A stretch of DNA of 36,799 nucleotides from Rotaria socialis (lineage: Eukaryota). The notes beneath the pieces are model-generated. The model made no database searches. It worked only from the letters and a program-made list of their open reading frames with translations, and was not told where the DNA came from. A program made the position numbers and the translations under genes. Shown one piece after another: positions 25,208-36,799 of the stretch (position 1 is the stretch's first letter; each line of letters starts with the position of its first letter). The stretch is taken from contig CAJNYD010000585.1 in NCBI GenBank assembly GCA_905331295.1, positions 62,001 through 98,799 on the forward strand. The letters are read 5' to 3'.

Positions 25208-26251
25208 TATATATGAAATTGTTTTATCTATTTTTTTTTCTGAAGGATTGGGACATTGAATCATTGATTGAATTTTTTAGAAAAAATTTGTTTGTTTTTT
25301 TCTGATATTCTCATATTAAATTTTAACAAGAATTTTTGTATCAGTGTTACGACGTGGAGCTGGAATGATTTGTTTGATCTATAGCGAAATGATTCTAGTA
25401 GTATTTGCCTACTTCGTAAACTCAAAATATTAGAGTAAGAATATTATCAAAAAACTGATAATGATCAGTATATATCTATCAAGTATTCTGTGGTTTTGTA
25501 CAAATATTTTATCGCTACTAATTTTTGGTGCCTTTGAAATGATTTGTAAAGAATATGTTTTTATTAGTTTTAACAGAATTCTAAAAGTTACAACATGCTT
25601 TTCGTTTCATTTATAGAAAACAATTTGAAAATAAAATACAGCTGCTATTTAAATGATTTAATTTTAATTCTGTTATTCAACGAAAATAAATTATCAGACA
25701 AGGGAGAAATATATGTAAAGAATATCGATATCGGATTTTGACTCAATGGTTCTTAAATCATTTTTCCGAAATGAATATATCAACGACTTTTCTCACATAA
25801 AACGTAATTATCAAGAAAATATTCTAAACAAAAGATCATATTCAACCTGTTCATATAACGAACAACCTTTGTAGTTTAATTTTTTTAAATTGCAAATGAT
25901 TAGTTTGTACACCACATTCTATCCATCAAATTTCTCGATTAGCTTGGTCAATAAGTAATGATGATGAGTAAATATGTAGAAATCTTTCCAAATATCAATG
26001 AAACTTGAAAAACTTCATAAACAATTCAATGATCATGATCAATGTTTTTAATGAATGAGTGTACCCAGCAAAACAAAATGTACGGTACCCTAATGAAATA
26101 GAATTTACACACTGTTTTACACGCTGAAAAAAAAGTGTGTACACTGTACACGTTGGGCTTTCTGTTTACACGGTCTTACGAAAACTTTCGTGCTTCCATA
26201 AAAAGAAAACAAATCTATCTATTCAATATGATCAAAATTATATATCCCATC

Positions 26252-26498
26252 CAACGTTTTTAATAGGAATCTGAAACAGAATGTATGTATACACTGTGTT
26301 TTTCCGAGCATTCATAAACGTGAGAAATTAAATACAAGTGATATTTTAACAATTTTTTTTTATGACTGAAAATCAACTTTTTAGCTTGTGTACATTTTGT
26401 ACACGTTGATCTTCGAAGCAGGAGTGTACGGATGCATCATGCTCGGAAAAACACAGTGTATACATACATTCTGTTTCAGATTCCTATTAAAAACGTTG
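26252..26498. repeat. Perfect 60-bp inverted repeat with a 127-bp spacer
   Basis: 26252-26311 is the exact reverse complement of 26439-26498. Confidence 0.93.
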
Positions 26499-26794
26499 AT
26501 CATGATCCGTATAAATAAATGCCGATTATGTGAATAGAAGCAAACGAATAAAAATCTACCTGTAGATTACTAGCTAATAGAAATGTCTTTGCATTATTTT
26601 TCATGTACGTAGCTGAATACAATAATGATTCAAGCCAATGACAAAATGCTACAATTATTTTTCAACATGATACAATGTATCTAACCTTCGAAGTTACAAA
26701 ACAATCAAAAATAAATCTTGTCACGTCAAAAAATTAAAAAACAATTTTCATTTCAACTTTATTTACACAAAAATGCATCTATATACATATGAAA

Positions 26795-29589
26795 TCATGA
26801 TAACCTAATTTCTACAGATCTTTCATTCCTGTTAACTGTAACCTTATGTTCATCGATAGTATTAAAACCAAATGCTTGACAACGTTTATCAATAATGTGA
26901 CTACGTGAAAAAGGCTGATTGAATATTGCAGGTGTACTATGACCAATGTTAAGATAAGACAAATTTTGTTGATGACTAAGTAGTATATCAATAGCAGATT
27001 CAAAATAGTTGAAGGAAGCTACTCGAACTTCCATATGAGTAAGTGATGGAAAACGTTTAACAAGGTTTGAGACCAAATCTGAACAAACATTACTATGTCT
27101 TGTTATTAAATTGAGTATTTTAATTTGTTTGAAAATTGAAATAAGAGATGGATTGTCGATTATCGCTGCTAAATACAAATATAAAGGACTAATTTTGAGA
27201 TCAATCACGTTTGGACATGCTCTAAAAATTGAAAAATTAAAAATCTACTGAATATAATAAACTCTACTGTCAACGATTATTATTCTATAGAATTCAACAT
27301 CATCTATCTCACATAAAATGATGTTATTCATTGAGAAAACACATTGGAAATATCAATGAAAGCTCATAGATTTAGAAATCCTAATAGGAAAAATGACTTT
27401 CCATAAATATCAAGCAAACTTACTGTAGAATAAACTTAATATCTGCAGATCCCGATGGGTCAACATTTGCTTCAAAGTTAATTTTAGTTACATTGGGTAA
27501 ATGAACAATATTTGAAAGGTAAGCAACATATTGCTGTTCGTCATCATTGTCATTTGATTGAACCCAGTTCACTAAAAACATAAAGATAATGAATAAAAAC
27601 GATGGGACGAATAATCAAATCAAAGTTTTTTGTATATGATAAAAGTTGGAAACGAAAAATTCATTTTCATCAACTAAACGATATAAGTTAAAACAAATGT
27701 GTTGTTCTTACCAAAACTCAATGACTTGTTCCACGATGAATGTTTTGTTCGCATATCTATGACAAGAGAATTGATATGTTGAAATAAAGGGAAAGAACGA
27801 GCAGTTTTTGGTGTTATCTTTGTCATGTTCAATTTTAAAATTTTTATGTCTGAATAATAAAGATAATGATCATTTGTTGTTGTCGTTGTTGTTCTTGTCG
27901 ATCGTGTCTCAAATAATTCATAATTAATAAGTGGAATATTTATTTGTAGATTTCTTTTGTATTGATGATAACCAATCGTACGTAACATAACATACTCCAC
28001 TATAAGAGAAAAAAACTTTTATGTTCAAAAGAATTAGTTTCCGAATAAACAGATACTCCTAGATTCAACGTTTGCGTCATCACTGTCAAATAATTGGTTG
28101 TCTTTGCATTGCTTTTGATATTTTATGAATATTCCTTACCTCATCCTAACAAAGTCGATTTTAAATATTTTTCTTATTCCTTTTTTAGTAAACATCTCAT
28201 GAATGCACACTCCTATTGAGCGACGATTCGTACCATGGCTTCTCCACTAGAGCCTCAATCTGAAGTTGTTTTCATCTTTTGGTTACTTTCTTATTTCTGT
28301 ACACCGTCTTTAATAAGATAAAAGCAGAACATACAATGAAATTCATCTGCTGATTGCATTCCTATTTGACGATGGGTTTTCTGTATTCTTACTTTCCAAT
28401 TTAAAGCAATTTTACTTACAAGGATTTTTGGCATCAGGTCCCCATCGATCTATAACCATTTGCCATTCGGGATATTTCTGAACGAAATATTGAAATGAAT
28501 TTACGACCACGTCTAAATCTAAGTTTGGATGTTCTTTCAAAATTGAGATATGAAAATCAAATTTAGATAAAAATGGAACATGCATTTCAAACATATATTG
28601 CCATGTATAACCATTGACCAAATCATAAGAAGATGGGCAGACTACTTCTGGTGATTCATGAAAAAACTTAAAATGAAGAAGATTAGGCAAACAACGTAAG
28701 ATATAAGCGATTGAACGAGTGTCACACGTAGTAAAAATCGATAAATCGAAGGATGTCACTTGTGGTGATATAGGAAGATCATTTTCATTAATAAATGCTT
28801 CTTGAATTGAAATACTAAAGGAAAAGAAAAAGGAAAGATTATATTTTAAATCTTGTTTTATACAGAATATTCGTCGGACATTATCAATGCAACTTACTTT
28901 ACATTATTATTTTCAGATGGAATTTCATGTTTTATGATGGTATGGAGATATCGTATTCTATGACAAACACGAAGAATTGGCAAGATTGAATATACTGATA
29001 CTGTATTCGGTGAGCCAGATATTAACAAATCAAGTGATATAAGATTCGGAGCAATTGAAGTATAAGTTGACAAGTCCAAGTAAGCATAATTATAACGAAG
29101 CATAACTGAACGAAGAGAAGATGATTTGCTCATGAATACAGTTCGAGTTATATCCGATTGGTTTTTCTCATTGGTATTTACAGTCGATGGTTGTATGATA
29201 GAAAAAGAAACAAGTCTATTCAAACTTTCAACTTGTTTAATAACATTATCAAGTTCAGCTGATGGATTAACTGAGATAAATTGACATGATTGAAGATTAA
29301 TAAAATTATGTCGTTGAAATAGTAAACTAATAATAGATGAACGATCACGAATTGTATCATAACATTTTAGTGATAGGACTTGATGAGCATGAAAAGTGAG
29401 ATGTGATGAAAGAGAAGCAATGTCTCAGTCATAATATGTGTTTAAAATGCTAATATGGAATGGAATGGATTGTAGAATAGACAAAAATCGTTCATTCAAT
29501 GAAGTAAAAACATCAAGTGCATGTAAATAATCAAATATTTCGAAGAAAATCTCATTTGATAAATCTTCGAAATGTGTATGAATGTTCAT
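26795..29589 (-). pseudogene. F-box (N-terminal) / LRR-like protein gene, 5 exons, with a single in-frame TGA at codon 55
   Basis: ATG 29589 gives MNIHTHFEDLSNEIFFEIFDYLHALDVF (F-box-like) and LRR-like segments (PNLISLDL, LPNLLHFKF, CPNVIDLKI, FPSLTHMEV). Exons 29589-28898, 28814-28420, 27999-27712, 27571-~27424 and 27221-26795 all splice in frame. TGA at 29427-29425. Confidence 0.8.
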
Positions 29590-30179
29590 TTGTATAAAAG
29601 ATGATAATAGCCAGATAGTTCAATCGACTATGTGGAAAGAATGTATCAAACGAGAGAGCAACGGATAGATTATACTACGTTATTATATACTCTATGAGCA
29701 ATATTGACGGCGAAATACAATGAAAAATGAAACTGATTGTCGATGTATCTTTATATGTAAAACAAATACCTTCATAAAAGATATGTTGATGATATCAACT
29801 TGTCTTATTATTTTTTCTATTGATCATGTAATCTTGAAAAGAAGAAGTGAACTTCTTCGGATAGTGTGTGGGTTATTATTATTCATTATGCTGCAGCTGT
29901 GCCTATTCGATTCGTGTCTTGAATTCATTGACATCCAAAAAGTTTCTATTCATAGTCCGGTTCCGTAAAGAATAAAAAAGGATAAGCTCACGAGTTGTAC
30001 AGATGAAATATTTAAAGATGGTAAATGTAGGTACAGTTTAACTTTGACGATTCGACTGTTGGAATGGTAAAATTTCACAGCAGCTAAATATAAATGTTTT
30101 TTCGAAACTTAAATAATCCAATATATTTCTTTTTTGTGATTTTATGGTCGATATTGTCTTGTATTCTTAAGCTAATAGT

Positions 30180-30420
30180 AGGAGTGGCAGTTTAACTTGA
30201 AAACACTTAAAAAGAGTATTAAAGTTAAAACACTTTAAACTTTAATTATACTAAAACACTAAGCTTTTATACTTTAATATTTAAGTTAATGTACTTTAAC
30301 TTTAAGTTTAAAGTTGCAGTTAAACGAACAGAGATTTGCATGAGATGCTTAATTCGAATTCGAATATAAATGAAGGTTCAACTACACTAATTCGATTCGA
30401 AAATAAAAAATTCGGCACTC
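30180..30420. mobile_element. Adjacent degenerate MITE-like remnants (an ACTTTAA/TTAAAGT-rich unit and a TTCGAA-rich unit)
   Basis: 30180-30330 repeats ACTTTAA/TTAAAGT in both orientations, bounded by GTTTAACT...AGTTAAAC. 30341-30420 has TGAGATGC...GCACTCA ends with internal TTCGAA repeats. Confidence 0.35.
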
Positions 30421-30497
30421 ATATAGTTGAACGAAACAGCAAAAGAGAAAATTTGTCCTAAATATAAATTTTATAAATCGAATTCGAGGCTGTCATA

Positions 30498-30574
30498 GGG
30501 GTGTGGGTGGGTGTGGGTGTGAGTTTCAGTTTAGCTATGGGCAACGACAAAACTAACACGCACAGCCTACACCC
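30498..30574. mobile_element. 77-bp mini-element with telomere-like inverted ends, flanked by TA
   Basis: TA|GGGGTGTGGGTGGGTGTGGGTGTGAG...ACTAACACGCACAGCCTACACCC|TA. Confidence 0.45.
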
Positions 30575-30832
30575 TAGATATTGTATTAATTTTATTCGAA
30601 TTTGATAATTTTTATTGAAGATTTGTTCCTCATTTTCTCATATCTAATGTAATGCAGAGGTTTGACGAGAGACCGATATTTTATCGACTTGTTAGTCTTT
30701 TGAAAAAGACTTCAATGAACATTTATAATTCGAAAAAATTTAGTTGAACTGTAGTGATAGATCTGAACATACTTGATAATGAACGAGTATAAGTTCGGTT
30801 CGAAATGGCTTAGCGTCTTAGAGTGTAAGATC

Positions 30833-31617
30833 CAGAGCCGCACCACTCGCACCGTCTTATCTTAGCCTCGGATTCGTCCTATATTTTCTATAAAAACGGG
30901 AAAAAAGTGGAATATTGCCAAAAAAAAAGACTTTTTAAGTAAAATTTTAATGTTTTTGTAAACAAATCGATCCGATATCTAGTGATTCTTTTATAGTCCT
31001 CGAATGGTTTACAGGGAATCTATTTAAGTACAATTCCGTTTCCAACTATCAAAAGAATTAAATGAGAATAAATGACCATTTTAAGTAAAAGATTTTCAAA
31101 CAAAGTATTATCTCGGAAGCTGTGAGAGTTAGAAAGTTCGTTCGAACATCATTTGATGCAACTTGTCGTGTTATGTGTATACTATAAAAATGACTATTTT
31201 CTGATAAAGCCTCAAGCTGGTAACGAGGATTTTTAATTGCTTGATGCTGTTCTCCAAAAAGACCCTATTTCTTTAGGACCACTAATAAACTGCAACCTCT
31301 TCTGAAACTATTTCTCCAAATGAAACACTTCTAGAGCTAGGTTTGTAGCGCTTTATCCGAGCTTTTAACATTAAAAATGTTTTCTCTAAACCATTTTTGC
31401 TTAGATAAAATAATGCAAAAACCAAAACGTAACGTTTTAACGTTTTTGATAACACTGAAGCACAGTTTTTTCTCCATTATTTTTGAGACGCCTAACATGA
31501 TCAGGCTGATTTAATTTTTATTAGTCTCAGTCTTGTATTTTTAACTAGTCGTTATACACCAGAACGAAATCGATACATCTATATGGAAGCTCAACGGGCA
31601 CAGTGAGTTAGCAACTG
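30833..31617. mobile_element. Candidate non-autonomous DNA transposon (CAG...CTG termini)
   Basis: Begins CAGAGCCGCACCACTC and ends GTGAGTTAGCAACTG. Flanked by near-direct repeats TGTAAGATC / TGTAAGAGT. AT-rich non-coding interior. TIR match is weak. Confidence 0.3.
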
Positions 31618-34600
31618 TGTAAGAGTCTATAAATTGTCCTTATAGCTGCAAAAGTAAAAAATTCTGCATAAAACGTTTTGTCATTGATATTTTTTGAAAA
31701 AATTTCTTGGTTAAAAAACTCAAAATGTCATTTTTGAAAAGTTTAAAACTCGTTCTGGGTGTAGGTGAATGTTAATGTAAAGGCAATACAAACTAATACC
31801 CACACGCACACGCTTGTCAACCCGATCAGAAAAAGAATCATCGTCTTATTTGCCTCTAATATCTGCATGTTGTGCGGCTAATTGTTTACCTACTGCTCGT
31901 TGAATGATGCATTTGACCGTTTTATTTTGAACTCGAATGGGAGAAGAAATCAAAATGCAATAATAACAAAATAGCATAAAAAACTGTTGTCGATATCATA
32001 TTTTGTTGTAAAAAATTAGAAATAAAAGCATTCAAGCTTTCATATTCTATTCAAAACGGAGTTAAATTTTATCGAAGCTTCTTTCGCAGGTGTTATTTAT
32101 TACGAAATTCGTAATACGCAATCATGATATCAAAGTTTTAAACTTTTTTTTATTGGGTTAATAAGAACAGAGACCGGAGAAAAAATGTAATGATGAAAAG
32201 CAACGAGCATGTGTCGATATAACTTGAAAGAGGCAATATACATTTTTTTTTAATGATGAATCATCAACAACAAATATTTGCGAACAAAAGTAAAAGTAAC
32301 TTATACCATTACTATATAAAGACATATGATTACCTACTTGGATGTTCGGTAATTAGAAAACCATTGAGATTAATTTGTTGAATATTCCTAAACACGTGGC
32401 ATAAACGTGATATTGACGTTTTTCAAATGAGAAAAATTAAAATAAACTCTGATTTTCGCTAAAAATTGAACATTTACGGAATCGCTCTACATCAGTTCAG
32501 TAGTTAGCGTCAAAGAAGGTTTCAGTGCAAAATAGATATCTGTAGGTTGTATCTATCTAAAAAGATTTAGACTGTTATTACGTATTTTGCAGACAAATAG
32601 CATCGAATTTTTCCAATATTGTCATTTTTCTCTTGAAACCTAATCAAAAGACTATCAAATAATCAACTGATTCAACTAAAATTTATATTTTCTTTACCGA
32701 GTATCATATGACTAACACCCACACCCACTGTTTGGAAAATATGAAACAGGACTGAAAAAATACCCACTTTGAGATCAATTTCAATGGGTCTGTGTCAACA
32801 AAAAAGAAAAGTTTCAAGTAATTTTTGTTGTTTGAAATATTTTCGAGGTGGATTTGTTGTATGATGTTAAAACGCGCTGATGAGAAAATGATTTCTCTAT
32901 GCATTCTGTTTGCCTCTGGATTCCTCCATCATGAGTGTAGAAGAAGCATATTAATCTCATTCACTTCGTTTTCGACCCATGAGGTTGCTTGCACACGTTT
33001 GTATATTGTTTTGTGGTCTTCAAATCGGGTGTTGTTTGGCATCAATGATCAGTACTTACCAGAAGAGAACCTTTGTTGGGTCAACGGCGGGCATATTAAC
33101 AGAGCGTGTTAAGTATAAACCTACATAATGAATCTATCGAATTCTTTCTTACGGTTTTTAACTAAATACATCTTTCGTAGAAAGGTGCTAATCACTTTTT
33201 TCACGAAACATCTGCGGCACTTAATTTCTACCGATATTTTTGGTTTTTATTTTTCGCAAATTTTCTCTTGCTTGAGCGTTTGATGATTATTGACACCCAC
33301 ACCCTGAAAAAGTTTGATTTTATTATACAAACGAAAACCAATCGACTAAACGGTTCAAAAAAAGAATTGCTCGTCGGTATTATTGATATTTATGGTATCG
33401 TTTTGTGACCTTTTATAGAAATCAGTAGAACTCCTCATTGTAAACACATTTTCTGTTTCCATCAGCTAGGCATATCTTTGTATTGTGAATATTTTGTCAT
33501 ATTGTCGCACAGATTCAAGAAGAAAAAAGTTCTCTCAAGTATGCACAGTATACCAGTCTATCTCTTTTATTTGCGTTCAACACACAGACAACACGGGTTC
33601 GGCTTTCACTATCGGTGCAAAAGTTCCGTTCTTCAATGTAAGTAACGATAGCCAAAAACAGTCGCTAAATGTGATTGTTGAGCAGACCCACGAAGAAGCT
33701 CATCAATATAGACTAGAAGTTTTTTCGAGAAACGTACGAACGATCTCACCTACTATCGACCACTACTGATCTTCAATTATATTCAATTGACTCATTTTTT
33801 CCATAATAGCGTGTTATATAAGACAGTAGAAATTAAAGATCCATTCAGAGACAAAGTTGAGTGTGTTCTCTGGGGTGTTCAAGTTAGAGTTTATTTTTTC
33901 GATTAAAAACAAATTGAAGCACAGTAGACTCTACGTGAAATTTATTTAATAATTTCTGAGCAAGTCAAATAAGGTTCGATTTTGAAACAAAATAACAATA
34001 AGAATCGGAAGAATAATGTATACAGTTGACTGGCTTCTTCCACAAAATCAACAGACGGGAGAACGCGCTGTTTCTCTTATTTTTATCCCCATTAAACATC
34101 TATATGAATGATAAGAACGAAAAGAAAAGCCACTTGATGAATTGCGGCTGTCTATTTCATCGTCTATGTTGACAAGAGTAGGTAATGTTTTGCTTGTGCT
34201 TTGCTACTTGACTGGCATAAAACCCTATAGTTAATATTTGGTGAGTTTAGCCCTTTACATTCTGATTTGGGTTTAACTATGTTACATAGATGACAAATTT
34301 CAACTAATGACTCAGGAATACCATTTTACTCAAACCATCTATCAATATTCGATTTCTAATTGGTATTTGACTCATTCAGAAGATTATAGGCATATGGATC
34401 TCGATGTAAAGAACTTTGTTAATCAAAACAACTCGATTCCAATTAGCTTTGGACTCATCACCACTAGAGTTTTCATACAAATAGAGTTTGAATTGCATCT
34501 ATAAGTTCACAAAACTCTATCATTGATGATGATTGAAGTGTGAATAACGTTCCTGACAAAGAGAAATATGGCAAGAATTTTCAACTAATCTAAACTCAGG

Positions 34601-36799
34601 CTAGACTTATCACAATACCAATACAGTATTGTTAGATGTTTAATATCGGTAGCAAACTGACGACAGTCCATAACAGCTACCACTTACTTTGAAGATTGAT
34701 CATTTTAGAGTATGCCAAACAATTGGTGGACCAGCAAATCTTAGTAGGAATTTCCCCTTAAATTCATCCCAATATTACTGTGACTAGGCAGAGATCAATG
34801 AAGAACATTAGGGATGTAGTGACTCTGCAATGTGCGAGCATACACAGTAGCTATTTTAAGACAATTCGTTTTTTCGTAGCAGAAGCCATACTTTTTATAT
34901 ATGCATTTATACTAATTACGAAAATCACTTACATTAGTAGATTGTTGCCTCCTCCAAGACTATGTCTGCCAGACTGACAGATAAACCGGAAAAAAGAATT
35001 AAGGTTCTCAGTCTAAAATTATAAGTAGATTCTATCAAACCGTATGGCGCAAAGAAATGATGAAAATTAAGAGCACAATAAAAGGAAACGAAAATCTATG
35101 ATCCACGTTGAATATATTGTACTCGTTCGCCTCTCTGAGTACTCCAAGAAGTATAGTTAGAGTACGTCGCTTTCCTCTTGCTTCATTTGCAATGAAATAT
35201 CTGATATCGATATGCATTAGTATGAAGTCAAGTTTCATTATTACCGTCATTTGACAAAGACGGTTGTTTAAAACCTAGTGCTTTTAAATTTCAAATGTTA
35301 AATTATAGACTAAGTACGGTGGTGCTTTTTTGAAAAAGACATTAATAAGCATTTATAGTTCAAAACAATTTGATTTAGTTTTGTTAACAAAACAGAGAAC
35401 ATTTAGTATTGAACGAATATATCTTATGTAACCGTCCCATCTTCTGTATATTGACATACTACACATATATTTTTATGAATTTTTTGAAAATTTTGATTTC
35501 AGTTAGAGACTTTTGGATAAATGTTATAATCAATGCTGAACCAACCTGATGAGTCTTTCAAGTACAAGTGAGGTTTTGCGTGATCGTTTGAATTTAATCT
35601 CTTATCTTCCCAGTGAAACTTTCCAGGATTTAGTTTTCTAGCAAAAATCAAAATACCTGATACCGTGTTACCTTTAGCAGGGACAAAATCGAGATAATTT
35701 TTGCTTTATTATCACCTGCAGTCTAACCCTTCGACGATTCATTCTTCTTTTTTAGACACTTCGTAATTCATATGGGTCCTCTTATGTCGTCGACAGACGT
35801 GAAATAAGGGAAAATAAAGCAAATGAAATAGAGAACAAAGTATAAGTGACATACGAAATGATAACAGTGTTTCTTATTAATACGTTATCTTTTTTGTAGA
35901 ATTTATATATACTTACGAAGCAGATGCTGAATTTAAGTTTATAAGTGAGATTTTTGCGGCTTTCCTTTCTCCTCACATCTCACATCTGTTGTTGAGTTCG
36001 TGAGTTTTCGTATGAGACACTAAATCAATGAATCTTTGGTACTATAACAGACAATAGCTAACAAATAGCTATTGTTTATTATGGACATAGGAATTCAGTA
36101 GTACTGTAGTTACAGATTTTAGACATAAAGTACAACTTTACAGAAGAGTTTTTTATTTACACGATTTTGTATTATTTCAGTGAGCCTAAATGAAATATGC
36201 GAGTTCCGCATCGTTACTGCATGGGATACGTATATGAGTTACACAATAATTCGCGGTAAACATAATACCCCACCAGAGACTACAAGCTGCGATAGGTATT
36301 ATTAGACGGTGTGGGTACCTCAGAAAGATGCACATTGGCCGAGAGAGATATGAAAGAGCAGCGGCCTCGTAAAACTTATTGTCTGTTTTCTTTCGCTTCG
36401 AATAATGAGTGTGTACAAATACGAATTACTTTATAATTCATATGAGCTACGCTGATAATCTTTCTTACTAAAAACAAACATTATCGACCAGTAAATCCTA
36501 GTGGCATTTGTCACCGAATATCAATGGCTGATAAATTAAATATAATAGATAGTAAATGGAGAAAAAATCTGTGATAATATGCAGATTTATAAATCATATT
36601 CTAAGCAATTAGAATTTTTTATCCAATATTTTAATAATTAACTGAAGTAAGATATTCATGGGTGTGAATGCTATTTCGGGAGCACCGAGCAAAAAGAACC
36701 TGAGTATCATGTAAGTATCGTATTCTAAACGGGACTCTGTTCAATGGTAGGGATGAGATTGTCGTTGCGGGTGTTCATCGTCTCTGGTGCGCGCACCAC

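Noticed and set aside
29425..29427. Selenocysteine interpretation of the in-frame TGA
   Set aside because: No redox-motif context and no SECIS recognised; F-box/LRR proteins are not known selenoproteins.
30350..30400. TTCGAA repeats as heat-shock elements
   Set aside because: The spacing does not match nGAAnnTTCn arrays; they are better explained as MITE internal repeats.

Overview
AT-rich eukaryotic genomic DNA with many ~50-70 nt GT-AG introns. The gene content, intron style, apparent lack of CpG depletion and TGTGGG/TGAGGG motifs suggest a bdelloid rotifer (inference). Minus strand: the 5' part of an axonemal outer-arm dynein beta-type heavy chain (8722 to beyond position 1), a complete SETDB1/eggless H3K9 methyltransferase (15034-10923), an RSBN1/KDM9-like gene (20585-16682), a decayed alpha/beta-hydrolase fragment hit by a MITE (~24383-24706), and an F-box/LRR-like gene with one in-frame TGA (29589-26795). 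Plus strand: a complete 7-exon single-pass receptor (21508-23695) that joins an MRH (mannose-6-phosphate-receptor homology)-like ectodomain to a TKL-type kinase domain lacking the catalytic Asp. This is the most unusual coding feature. Non-coding highlights are a 501-bp MITE with 137-bp TIRs carrying head-to-head telomere-like G-quadruplex tracts, a CpG-rich MITE in a dynein intron, a perfect 60-bp inverted duplication, RFX X-box-like motifs at the dynein 5' end, and a gene-poor, repeat-rich tail (30-36.8 kb). All exon structures were deduced by hand and no database searches were run.
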